From an uncultured Chloroflexia bacterium (GTDB taxonomy: Bacteria > Chloroflexota > Anaerolineae > Anaerolineales > DRKV01), in contig CAWGNX010000002.1 of assembly GCA_963824065.1 (NCBI GenBank), forward strand, positions 488,794-552,793: a DNA stretch of 64,000 nt. Reading direction: 5' to 3'. Numbering within the stretch: position 1 is the stretch's first letter; each line of letters opens with the position of its first letter. Below the pieces are notes generated by a model. The model ran no database searches, had not been told where the DNA came from, and worked only from the letters and a program-made list of their open reading frames with translations. A program made the position numbers and the translations under genes. Of this stretch, positions 10,316 to 19,409 are shown in pieces.

Positions 10316-10846
10316 ATGTTGACACCCTATGCATTGGAAAATGAAAGCCGCACGACCGCCGGGCGTGCCTACTCAGCAGATATCCTGGCGTTCTCCAGAT
10401 CCAAGGAGCTTTTCGGTAAATTACGCACCTGGGCACGTCTAAACCGCTTGCTGGCCTGGCTTATCCCTGGGCGTGATCTGGAAGACTTGAGTGACGTTGT
10501 CCGCAATCGCTCGGTCAGCAGCCAGCATTATGCCGGGCTGCGCCGGGTACCCATCCATGCGATCATCGGCAGTGAAAGCAAAAGCCAGGATTTCGATCGC
10601 AGTTTCAATCCCCGCCACGATCACCAGATGCAGCGCTGGCTGCGGGTGGCGCAGGCCTACCGGGTGGATGGGCTGCCACCGGTTGAATTGGTCGAAGTTG
10701 CTGGCAGGTATTTCGTACGGGATGGGCACCACCGGATTTCGGTGGCACGGGCAATGGGCGCGGTGGAGATTGACGCCGAGGTCGTGGTATGGGAGCTTGG
10801 CAAGCGGCAATCTTTTGAGACCAGCATCTGCCCGGCTGCCGTCTGA
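10316..10846 (+). CDS. ParB/sulfiredoxin-like domain protein
   Basis: ORF 10286..10846. The ATG at 10316 has a GGAGG 7 nt upstream. Motif: RYFVRDGHHRISVARAMG (ParB N-terminal-type DGHHR). Confidence 0.6.
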   Translation: MLTPYALENESRTTAGRAYSADILAFSRSKELFGKLRTWARLNRLLAWLIPGRDLEDLSDVVRNRSVSSQHYAGLRRVPIHAIIGSESKSQDFDRSFNPRHDHQMQRWLRVAQAYRVDGLPPVELVEVAGRYFVRDGHHRISVARAMGAVEIDAEVVVWELGKRQSFETSICPAAV

Positions 10847-10964
10847 AGTATTGCAATATACTGAAACTTTCCTAACACATATGAAAGGGAAAAAAAACAA
10901 AAACTCATTTAAAATAAAAATAGGTTAACCGAGACCCAAGTGGATCGGTAAGCCTCCACAGGAA

Positions 10965-10997
10965 CAGCGGGGTCTTGGCCGGCCCCGCTCTTTGTTT
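10965..10997. terminator. GC-rich hairpin (agcgggg...ccccgct) followed by a T-rich tract, between convergent genes
   Basis: Inverted repeat read directly, followed by ctttgtttt. It sits between the ends of 10316..10846(+) and 11041..12090(-). Confidence 0.5.
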
Positions 10998-11040
10998 TAA
11001 ATGCCAGGTTGAAAATGGGGGAGTACAAAATAATACGGCT

Positions 11041-12090
11041 TTAGGCCGACAGGTCCTCGACCAGGTGGCGCAGGGTGCGCGCGTCGAGGTCTTTTTTATC
11101 CAGATAAGCTACCGCACCCGCTTCGATGCTCAGACGGTGAAATTCTCGGTCGGGGTAAGCACTGATCATAATGATCCGCGATTGGCTGGAAACCGACTTG
11201 ATGCGGCGGGCGCACAGGATGCCATCCTCTTCCCCCAGCACGACATCCACGAGCGCCAGTTGGGGTTGCAGGCGCTGTGCGATCCGCACGGCGGTGTTGC
11301 TGTTCTCGGCCTGGTAAAGGTTGGTGTGCGGTTGAACTTTACCAAGCACCCGCTGGAGCTGCTGCAAGTAGCGGTGATTGTCGTCGACCAGCAGGATGGA
11401 AATCCCATGGATGTGAAGAGGTTCGTTGGGGCGCTGCAGGGCCAGTTCGTGACCCGCGATCCCCAGCACTTCGGGGTGCTGGCTGACGTAATTAACAGCT
11501 TCCAGACGGCTGTTTACACCCAGCTGCCTGTACATGCGTGTCAGGTGGTTCTCCACGGTCTTGATACTCAGGTTCAGGTCCAGGGCGATTCTCTGGTTAT
11601 CCAACCCATCCTTGAGCAGCCGCAGGATATCGCGCTGGCGCAGGGTCAGGGTAGGTGGCGTGGTATTTGGACGGGCACCCCCCACGAGCTTGGTTATCAG
11701 CGGGCCAGAAATCCAGCGTTCGCCCTCCAACACGCGCTGCAAGGCCAGCTTCAAGTCGCTCAAGGGCTGATCCTTGAGATGGTAGCCGTTTATCCCAGCC
11801 TGGAGCAGCTCGTGGACGTAAAATTCGTCGTCGTACACGCTGACCACCAGGATTTTTATCGCAGGGTAGAGGGCGCGGATTTCGGGCAGGGTCTTAAGTG
11901 GGTTGAATTCGGGCATACTGATGTCGACCAGGATGCAATCGGGCTGGTTGGCATGCAGGCTTGCCAGCAAGGAAGGACCGTCATCAACTTCGGCGATTAC
12001 TTCCAGATTTTCGATCTCTTCCACAACCGTCCGGATGCCTGCCCGGACAATTGCATGGTCATCAGCGATTAAAATACGGGTTATTGCCAC
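11041..12090 (-). CDS. Response regulator with REC - LuxR-type HTH - second REC architecture
   Basis: REC1: ILIADDH...ILVDISMP. HTH: LTLRQRDILRLLKDGLDNQRIALDLNLSIKTVENHL. REC2: ILLVDDNHRYL...LALVDVVLGEEDG...IIMISAY. Confidence 0.85.
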   Translation of the reverse strand: MAITRILIADDHAIVRAGIRTVVEEIENLEVIAEVDDGPSLLASLHANQPDCILVDISMPEFNPLKTLPEIRALYPAIKILVVSVYDDEFYVHELLQAGINGYHLKDQPLSDLKLALQRVLEGERWISGPLITKLVGGARPNTTPPTLTLRQRDILRLLKDGLDNQRIALDLNLSIKTVENHLTRMYRQLGVNSRLEAVNYVSQHPEVLGIAGHELALQRPNEPLHIHGISILLVDDNHRYLQQLQRVLGKVQPHTNLYQAENSNTAVRIAQRLQPQLALVDVVLGEEDGILCARRIKSVSSQSRIIMISAYPDREFHRLSIEAGAVAYLDKKDLDARTLRHLVEDLSA

Positions 12091-12169
12091 AAGTGCATTC
12101 TATCACGGCGAAAATCGAGGCTGCGCAGGACTCGCCAAAAATCGGACTTAGGAGTATATTCTGTACCAA

Positions 12170-12189
12170 ATTAGGGGAAATCCCCTAAT
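12170..12189. promoter_or_regulatory. Palindrome attaggggaaatcccctaat in the divergent regulator/transporter intergenic region
   Basis: 9-bp arms with a 2-nt centre, read directly. Located between 12090 (start of the regulator gene) and 12424 (start of the binding-protein gene). Confidence 0.3.
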
Positions 12190-12423
12190 CCGAATAAGGG
12201 AGCATAAGGAGGAGACTTATTAATAATTTGTTAAACTAGTACCGACTATGCTCATTTTCACTTCTATGTCACGCGCCATATACCCAATGATGACAATCCA
12301 GCATAGAACAAAATCCCCATAATCTTTTCCCAAACAGCCAGGAGGTGGCCTATTTGTGGATACGGTTCCAGCAATCGCCAGATATCCTGATTCCAATTTT
12401 TCTATACCTAAGGAGAGACTGTA

Positions 12424-14653
12424 ATGCGTAAGAAGATACTTCGTCCGATCACGTTGCTAATGACCCTGATTATCCTGCTGAGCCTGGTTTTGTCTGCCTG
12501 CACGCCAGCTGCGACGACCACGCCCGAAGCAACCGAAGAAGCTGCGATGACCGAAGAACCCGCGGCGACCGAGCCACCCGCGGGTGAAACACTTGCGGTG
12601 GGCATCGTCCTGCCGACGAAAGATGAGCCGCGTTGGATCCAGGATGAGACCCGCTTCCGGGAAGCATTGGGAGCAGCGGGCTATGATGTAGAAATCCTGT
12701 TCAGCCAGGGCTACATCCGCTACGGAAAAATCCAACGTCGAAGACCTGATCACCAAGGGCATCAAAGTGCTGATCATCTGCCCGCAGGATGGCACAGCCG
12801 CGGCCGCCGCTGCTGAAGCCGCCCGCGATGCGGGTGTGGCTGTGATCTCGTACGACCGCCTGATCCGCGACACCGACGCCGTCGATTACTACGTGACCTT
12901 CGACAGCATCGCCGTAGGCGCCCAGCAGGCCCAGTACCTGGTGGACAATGCCGAGGGCACCGGCAACCCGCTGTACCTGTATGCGGGCGCCGCCTCCGAC
13001 AACAACGCCTTCATCTTCTTTGAAGGTGCCTGGGGTGTGCTGCAGCCGCTGATCGCGGACGGCACCTTCGTGGTGAAGAACTCCGACCAGGCGATCGCGC
13101 TGATGGACAAAGCCGAGCTGACCCGTGACGAGATGGCCGGGATCATCGGCCAGATCACGACCAACTGGGACTTCAACACCGCCAAGAACCTGGCCGAAGC
13201 CAACCTGACCGCCACAACTGCGACGGATAAGGGCCGGGTGTTCATCCTGGCCCCGAACGACGGCACCGCCCGGGCGATCGCAGATGCTTTTGCTGCTGAC
13301 CCCGATGTGACCAAGTACTTCGTGACCGGTCAGGATGCCGAAAAGGCTTCCGTGCAGTACATCATCGACGGCAAGCAGTCGATGACCGTGTTCAAGGATG
13401 TGCGCACGCTGGTGAATGACGCCATCAATGCTGCCGTGGCCCTGCTGGAAGGCAATGCACCAACCGCCAGTGGCGCCTACAACAATGGTGTGATCGATGT
13501 CCCGGCGATCCAGTCGCCAGTGGTCACCGTCGACGCCGGACAACGTCGTGGCGGAGCTGATCGATTCGGGCTATTATTCAGCCAGTGACTTCACCGGTTT
13601 GGAAGCGCTGCGCGGCTGCCCCAGAGCTGGTGTCCGGCCGGGTGGGCATCGTCCTGCCGACAAGGATGAGCCGCGCTGGATCCAGGATGAGACCCGCTTC
13701 CGCGAAGCGCTGGCGAAACAGGGTTACGATGCAGAAATCCTCTTCAGCCAGGGTCATCCGCCAAGGAAAAGGCCAACGTCGAAGACCTGATCACCAAGGG
13801 CGTCAAAGTGATCATCATCAGCCCGCAGGATGGCACAGCCGCGGCCGCTGCTGCTGAAGCCGCCCAGCGATGCCGGTGTGAGCCGTGATCTCGTACGACC
13901 GCCTGATCCGCGACACCGATGCGGTCGACTACTACGTGACCTTCGACAGCATCGCCGTGGGCGCCCAGCAGGCCCAGTACCTGGTTGACAAGGCCGAGCG
14001 GCACCGGCAACCCGCTGTACCTGTATGCGGGCGCTGCCTCCGACAACAACGCCTTCATCTTCTTCGAAGGCGCCTGGAGTGTGCTGCAGCCCAAGATCGC
14101 CGACGGCACCTTCGTGATCAAGAACTCCGAGCGAGGCGATTGCGCTGCAGGACAAAGCCGACGCTGACCCGTGACGAGATGGCCAAGATCATCGGCCAGA
14201 TCACGACCAACTGGGACTTCAACACCGCCAAGAACCTGGCCGAAGCCAACCTGACCGCCGCAACCGCGGCCGACAAGGGCAACGTCTTCATCCTGGCCCC
14301 GAACGACGGCACCGCCCGGGCCATCGCAGATGCCTTCGCTGCTGACACCGATGTGACCACGTACTACGTCACCGGTCAGGATGCCGAGAAGGCTTCCGTG
14401 CAGTACATCATCGACGGCAAGCAGTCGATGACCGTCTTCAAGGATGTGCGCACGCTGGTGAATGACAGCCATCAATGCTGCCGTGGCCCTGCTGGAAGGC
14501 TCTGAGCCGACAGCCAGTGGCGCCTACAACAATGGTGTGATCGATGTCCCGGCGATCCAATCGCCAGTGGTCACGGTCGACACCGACAATGTCGAGGCAG
14601 AGTTGATCGATTCCGGCTATTATCCAGCCAGTGACTTCACCGGACTGCCGTAA
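12424..14653 (+). CDS. Lipoprotein sugar-binding protein (PBP type I, ChvE/XylF-like) with two tandem binding domains; many frame breaks
   Basis: Lipoprotein-type signal LLMTLIILLSLVLSAC. Module VGIVLPTKDEPRWIQDETRFREAL...ISYDRLIRDTDAVDYYVTFDSIAVGAQQAQYLV...APNDGTARAIADAF...TGQDAEKASVQYIIDGKQSMTVFKD occurs twice. Only the second copy ends in a stop (DFTGLP*). Fragments appear in ORFs 12424, 12767, 13497, 13585, 13885, 13985 and 14462. Confidence 0.7.
12598..14650 (+). repeat. Tandem direct duplication, two units of about 1.04 kb (the two sugar-binding modules)
   Basis: ggcatcgtcctgccgac starts at 12601 and again at 13645. Long stretches are near-identical at nucleotide level (for example 12841-12990 versus 13885-14030). 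Confidence 0.8.
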
Positions 14654-14671
14654 GTTTCACGCATAAGTGTT

Positions 14672-14701
14672 GGAGTAGGGGCGGGTATCCGCCCCTACTC
14701 C
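14672..14701 (+). terminator. Strong intra-operon hairpin after the binding-protein gene (13-bp stem, loop gtat), with no T-tract
   Basis: ggagtaggggcgg gtat ccgcccctactcc, read directly. This position is typical of mRNA-stabilising or partial terminators after SBP genes. Confidence 0.5.
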
Positions 14702-14760
14702 TGTAGCCTTCAACCGGACGGAGCCTAAAACTCACCTGCCATTTTCAGACCGGAGCTGCC

Positions 14761-16291
14761 ATGAGCACGTCCTATTTTGGAGATGCAGAACATTACGAAG
14801 GAATTCCCCGGCGTGAAGGCGCTGGATAATGTCAGCTTTCAGGGTCGCGCAGGAGAGATTCACTGTCTGGTCGGCGAAAACGGCGCCGGCAAATCCACCC
14901 TGATGAAGGTATTAAGCGGCGTTTATCCGTACGGGGAGTACAGCGGGGATATCATGTTCGATGGGCAGGTCCAAAAATTTAACAGCATCCGCGACAGCGA
15001 AAAAGCCGGGATTGGCATCATCTATCAGGAGCTGGCGCTTGTCCCTGAGCTGACGGTCTACGAAAACATTTCTCTCGGCCACGAAATTAAGTAGCGGCAT
15101 TTCCGATCGACTGGAATGAAACGATCAAGAAAGCCGGGCGAGATGATCCGGAAAGTGCAGCCTGGATGTCAACCCGGACGCGAAGGTCAAGGATCTGGGG
15201 GTCGGCAAACAGCAGTTGGTCGAGATTGCCAAGGCGCTGAGCAAGGAAGTCAAGCTGTTGATCCTGGACGAGCCCACTTCGGCATTGAACGAGATCGACG
15301 TCGACAACCTGTTCGACCTGCTGCGCGACTTGAAGGAACAAGGCGTGACTTGCGTCATGATCACGCACAAGCTGAAGGAGGTCATGGAGATCGCCGATTC
15401 GGTGACGGTTCTGCGCGATGGCAAGACCGTGGTCACCCTGGACGCGCACAAAGGGGAAGTGTCCGAAACTGTGCTTATCAAGCACATGGTGGGCCGTGAA
15501 ATCGAGAATATCTACCCCACTCGCGAACATGTCCGCTCGGATGAGGTGGTGCTTTGAAGTCAAAGATTGGAATGCCTACGATCCCCAGCTCGGGCGGAAC
15601 ATCCTGAAAGACGTTAATTTTAATGTGAAAAAAGGCGAGATTGTCGGCTTTCGCCGGGCTGATGGGCTCCGGGCGAACGGAGCTGGCATTGAGCATCTTT
15701 GGGAATCCAACTGGCTTCCAGACCCACGGGGATGTATTAATCCAGGGTGAGAAAATGAGCTTTAATCACCCGAAGGAAGCCATGAAGGCCGGAATTGCTT
15801 ATGTCTCTGAAGACCGTAAAAAAAATGGTTTGATCCTCATCCAGGATGTCAAGCAAAATATCACGCTGGCGAATTTGCGGGAAATCTCGAAACGCGATGT
15901 CGTGGATGACAATACAGAAATCAACGTCGCCAACGAATATAAGAATTCTTTGAACATCAAAACGCCCAGCATCGAACAGATGGTCGTCAATTTGAGCGGC
16001 GGCAACCAGCAGAAGGTTTCGGTGGCGAAGTGGTTGTTTGTCAAGCCGAACGTTCTGATCCTGGATGAGCCCACCCGTGGGATTGACGTTGGCGCTAAGT
16101 TCGAAATGTATACCATCATGAATCGGCTCGTCGAACAGGGCATGAGCATTATCATGATTTCGTCGGAGCTGCCGGAAATCTTGGGCATGAGCGATCGTGT
16201 TTATGTTGTCTCCAGCGGGGAAATCACGGGCGAGCTTCCCGTCGAAGAAGCCACCCAGGAAAAAATTATGCACCTGGCAACCAGGAACTGA
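14761..16291 (+). CDS. Sugar ABC transporter ATP-binding protein with two fused NBDs (CUT2 family, RbsA/MglA/GguA-like); several frame breaks
   Basis: NBD1: [16 protein letters not shown], Walker [33 protein letters not shown]2: [39 protein letters not shown]. Pieces are ORFs 14777..15094, 15216..15557 and 15641..16291. The ATG at 14761 is out of frame with the first piece across a T-run. Confidence 0.8.
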
Positions 16292-16301
16292 GGAGCTCAC
16301 C

Positions 16302-17489
16302 ATGACATTCATCCAGGATCTTCAGAAGGTTCTCCGGCAGAACATCCGCGATTATGGCATGTTCATCGCCTTGTTTGTCATCTGGACGATCTTTGCTATC
16401 CTGACCGATGGAATTTTCATCTCGTCCCGCAATATCAGCAACCTGCTCAATCAGACCGGCTACATCGCTGTCCTCGGTGTCGGCATGACGTTGGTCATCG
16501 TCATTCGCCATATTGACCTGTCGGTTGGTTTCCTGGCCGGGTTCCTGGGTGCGATTGCTGCCATTGCCATCGCGTTTTGGGGCTGGCCGGCCTGGGCGGC
16601 GATAATCCTTGTGCTCGTACTCGGGCTGCTGCTGGGATTTATCCCCGGTGTCCTGGTAGGCCGGGTGGGGATCCCCGCTTTTGTGGCCACACTTGCCGGC
16701 TGGTTGATCTATCGCGGCGCCATTTTGTTAGTGACCGAATCGACCGGCACGATCATTGTGCCCAACGACGCGTTCAATGCGATTGGGAATGAATATATTC
16801 CGGATATTCCTGGCCTGGAGAATTTTTTACCCGGGGTGCATAAATTGACCCTGCTGCTGGGCATCCTGGCAATTATCCTGTACATTTACAGCTCACTCCG
16901 CAGCCGGCGGACAAAGCAAGCCTACAACTTCGAAGTGCTGCCAATGAATATTTTTATCCTGCAGCTCGTGTTCGTCTCAATCCTGGTGGGCGGAATAACC
17001 TGGGTGCTGGCAGGGTACAATGGCTTATCCTGGACTGTGGTTATCATGTTGATCGTGGTGGCGATTTACTATTTTGTTACCACCAAGACCGTGCTGGGCC
17101 GGCACATCTATGCGATTGGCGGCAACCCGGAAGCCGCCCAGTTGAGCGGCGTCAGTGTCAAGCGCATCACTTATCTTGTATTCGGCCAGATGGGGATGCT
17201 GGCGGCGCTCTCGGGCATTTTGTTCACCTCCCGCCTGCAGTCCGCCACTACAACCGCCGGTACCCTGTTTGAGCTCGATGCCATCGCGGCGGCATTTGTG
17301 GGTGGAGTTTCGGCGGCTGGCGGCGTGGGGAAAGTGACCGGGGCGGTTATCGGTGCCCTGGTGATGACTTCCCTGACCAGCGGCATGAACCTGATGGGGA
17401 TCGGGATTTCGTACCAGTACATTGTGCGTGGGATCGTGCTGGCCGCGGCGGTGATCTTCGATGTTGCCACACGCAGCGTGAGAAAATAG
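16302..17489 (+). CDS. Sugar ABC transporter permease (BPD_transp_2 type, GguB/XylH-like)
   Basis: The ATG at 16302 is preceded by AGGAG at 16291-16295. Polytopic product: MTFIQDLQKVLRQNIRDYGMFIALFVIW... Confidence 0.85.
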   Translation: MTFIQDLQKVLRQNIRDYGMFIALFVIWTIFAILTDGIFISSRNISNLLNQTGYIAVLGVGMTLVIVIRHIDLSVGFLAGFLGAIAAIAIAFWGWPAWAAIILVLVLGLLLGFIPGVLVGRVGIPAFVATLAGWLIYRGAILLVTESTGTIIVPNDAFNAIGNEYIPDIPGLENFLPGVHKLTLLLGILAIILYIYSSLRSRRTKQAYNFEVLPMNIFILQLVFVSILVGGITWVLAGYNGLSWTVVIMLIVVAIYYFVTTKTVLGRHIYAIGGNPEAAQLSGVSVKRITYLVFGQMGMLAALSGILFTSRLQSATTTAGTLFELDAIAAAFVGGVSAAGGVGKVTGAVIGALVMTSLTSGMNLMGIGISYQYIVRGIVLAAAVIFDVATRSVRK

Positions 17490-17522
17490 CACGCCGAAAT
17501 TGCTCGTAATTTTGGTCACAAG

Positions 17523-17568
17523 GCGGGTCAGAAGCGACGGGGTCTCCAGGTCTTCTGCCCCGCTTTTT
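17523..17568 (+). terminator. Hairpin (gcgggtcagaag / cttctgccccgc, one mismatch) followed by ttttt, after the permease gene
   Basis: Read directly, 34 nt after the stop at 17489. Confidence 0.5.
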
Positions 17569-17705
17569 GTCAGCGCATGCAGAGTAATTGCTTCTGGATG
17601 GCAAACCCCAGCGGGAATAATCCCTCAAGTAAGGGGCTGCGCCCACCTCAGAATGGCATAAGCGCTTACCCTACGCTGGTGATTCATGGAAAATTGAAGA
17701 TACCT

Positions 17706-19293
17706 ATGGCCAGAATCACTTCTCAAAGTCCAATCACTATCCAAGTTCTATGGCAACCTGAAAGCCCTGGACAGGGTAACCTTTAAACTTCAGCCGGGTG
17801 AAATTGTTGGCCTGGTAGGACGCCGGGGAAGCGGGAAATCGACGCTGCTGCACCTGATTGGGGGAGTAAGCCCGCCCTCAGCCGGTAAAATTTTTTTGCA
17901 GGGTCGCGAGATATTGTTCACCTCCGTGGGACAGGCGCGCCAGAGCGGCGTAGAGCTGGTGCACCAGGTACCTCAGCTGGTGGAACTCCAATCGGTGACT
18001 CAGAACATCTTCCTCGGGCGCGAGCTGGTGAAACACACAAAGCTGGGAATGCCAGATTGGGAAAGGATGTATCATCTCGGGCGTGAGTTTCTGGCGGACT
18101 TTGGCTTGCCCCAGATTTTGCTCGCCGAATCGATTGGTAATTTGAATGATGAACAACGCCAGGTGGTCGCCCTGGCACGGGCGCTTTGCCAGCCGCTCAC
18201 CCTGCTTTTGATGGACGATATGCTCTCCCACTTGAATTTCAAACGCCAGGAAATTTTGCTCAACCGCATCCACGAAGCCGCCGCGCAGAGCATGGGTGCG
18301 ATTATCTGCAGCGAAGATTTAAAACACCTGTTCAATATTACCGATCGCATCCTGGTGCTGTACGAGGGGCGGCTCATTGCCGATCGCCGTACGGCAGACT
18401 GTACTCCCCGGGATGTCGTCGAGCTCGTGGTGGGAGCGAAGAACCAGAAACAGGTCACCCCGGTGATCTGGGCGCTTGAAAGCTACCACCGCGCCCAGCA
18501 GCAGTCCGAAGAGCTGTTCAGAGCCCAGACCGAACTTCATGAAAACCTGGAGGCCAGCGATTCGCTCAACCGCCAGCTGATCGAAAAATTAAGCGACCAG
18601 GTGCAGGCGATGGACCGCCTGAACGCGGCCCTGCAGGAAACCCAGCTGCGGCTCCTGACGGAGAGGGAAGAGGAGCGCAAGTACCTGGCGCGTGAGCTGC
18701 ACGATTCGGTGATCCAGGATCTGCTGTCGATGAACTACCGGCTCGAGGAAGCCGAATCCGATGAAAGCTCGGAAGAGCAGCGCAAAGAGCTGTATGCCAT
18801 CCGGATTTCTATCCGGCAGGTGGTGAGCGACCTGCGCCAGCTCTGCCGCGACCTGCGGCCTCCAACGATTGATAACCACGGGTTATCGTCTGCAATTCGC
18901 TCCCTGGTGCAGGAATGGGAAGAACGCACCGGCATTGCTATCTATGCAGAGATAGACAATAACCTTGGGCGTTTGCCCGAGTACATCGAGCTGTCGGTGT
19001 TCCGCATTATCCAGGAGGGGTTGAATAACGTCAGCAAGCACGCCGAAGCACAGCGGGTGAGGATCCTGATGGAGCGCACCCCAATGGATTACCTGCGGAT
19101 CCGGATTTCAGACGACGGTCAGGGATTCAGCGCGCTGCCTAACCTGGCGGAGCTATCAGCCCAGAAACATTTCGGCCTGGTTGGCATCAGCGAACGGGCG
19201 GCGCTGCTGGGGGGCAGCATGCAGATTGAGTCACCGGAACACGGAGGTCTGGTGCTCCAGGTGGAAATCCCCAGCCCGTATCCCTCCGGCTAG
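17706..19293 (+). CDS. Degenerate ABC-type nucleotide-binding domain fused to a HisKA_3/HATPase_c histidine kinase (no transmembrane segment)
   Basis: Frame 1 reads ESLLKVQSLSKFYGNLKALDRVTFKLQPGEIVGLVGRRGSGKSTLL (Walker A) and continues uninterrupted into ORF 17896..19293. That ORF has VHQVPQL...NIFLGRE, LNDEQRQ, LLLMDDML, ICSEDL, then the H-box YLARELHDSVIQDL and the ATPase region IIQEGLNNVSKHA...DDGQGF...GLVGISERA. The only start candidate, ATG 17706, is 1 nt out of frame. Confidence 0.7.
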
Positions 19294-19352
19294 GTGACCT
19301 GCAGGGCTACGAATTTTGTAAAGTAATTTCGTGTAGCCAGCAAACCAGCATC

Positions 19353-19388
19353 AAATAGGCTGTCCCCTGGGGAGGGACAGCCTATTTT
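19353..19388. terminator. Bidirectional hairpin aaataggctgtccc...gggacagcctattt between convergent genes
   Basis: 14-bp perfect stem flanked by A/T runs, read directly. Confidence 0.65.
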
Positions 19389-19409
19389 CAGATGACCGCA
19401 GCTGCCGGT

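Noticed and set aside
10975-12072. 365-aa plus-strand ORF
   Set aside because: It is exactly antisense to the REC-HTH-REC regulator, which has clear domain motifs. The plus ORF has none.
12701-14475. Minus-strand ORFs 12701..13543 (280 aa) and 13744..14475 (243 aa)
   Set aside because: They are antisense shadows of the duplicated sugar-binding gene, with His/Gly/Val/Asp-rich nonsense composition.
12598-14650. The tandem repeat as a CRISPR array, mobile element or satellite
   Set aside because: The units are about 1 kb, protein-coding and diverged like paralogous domains. There is no short repeat-spacer periodicity and no transposase or terminal inverted repeats.
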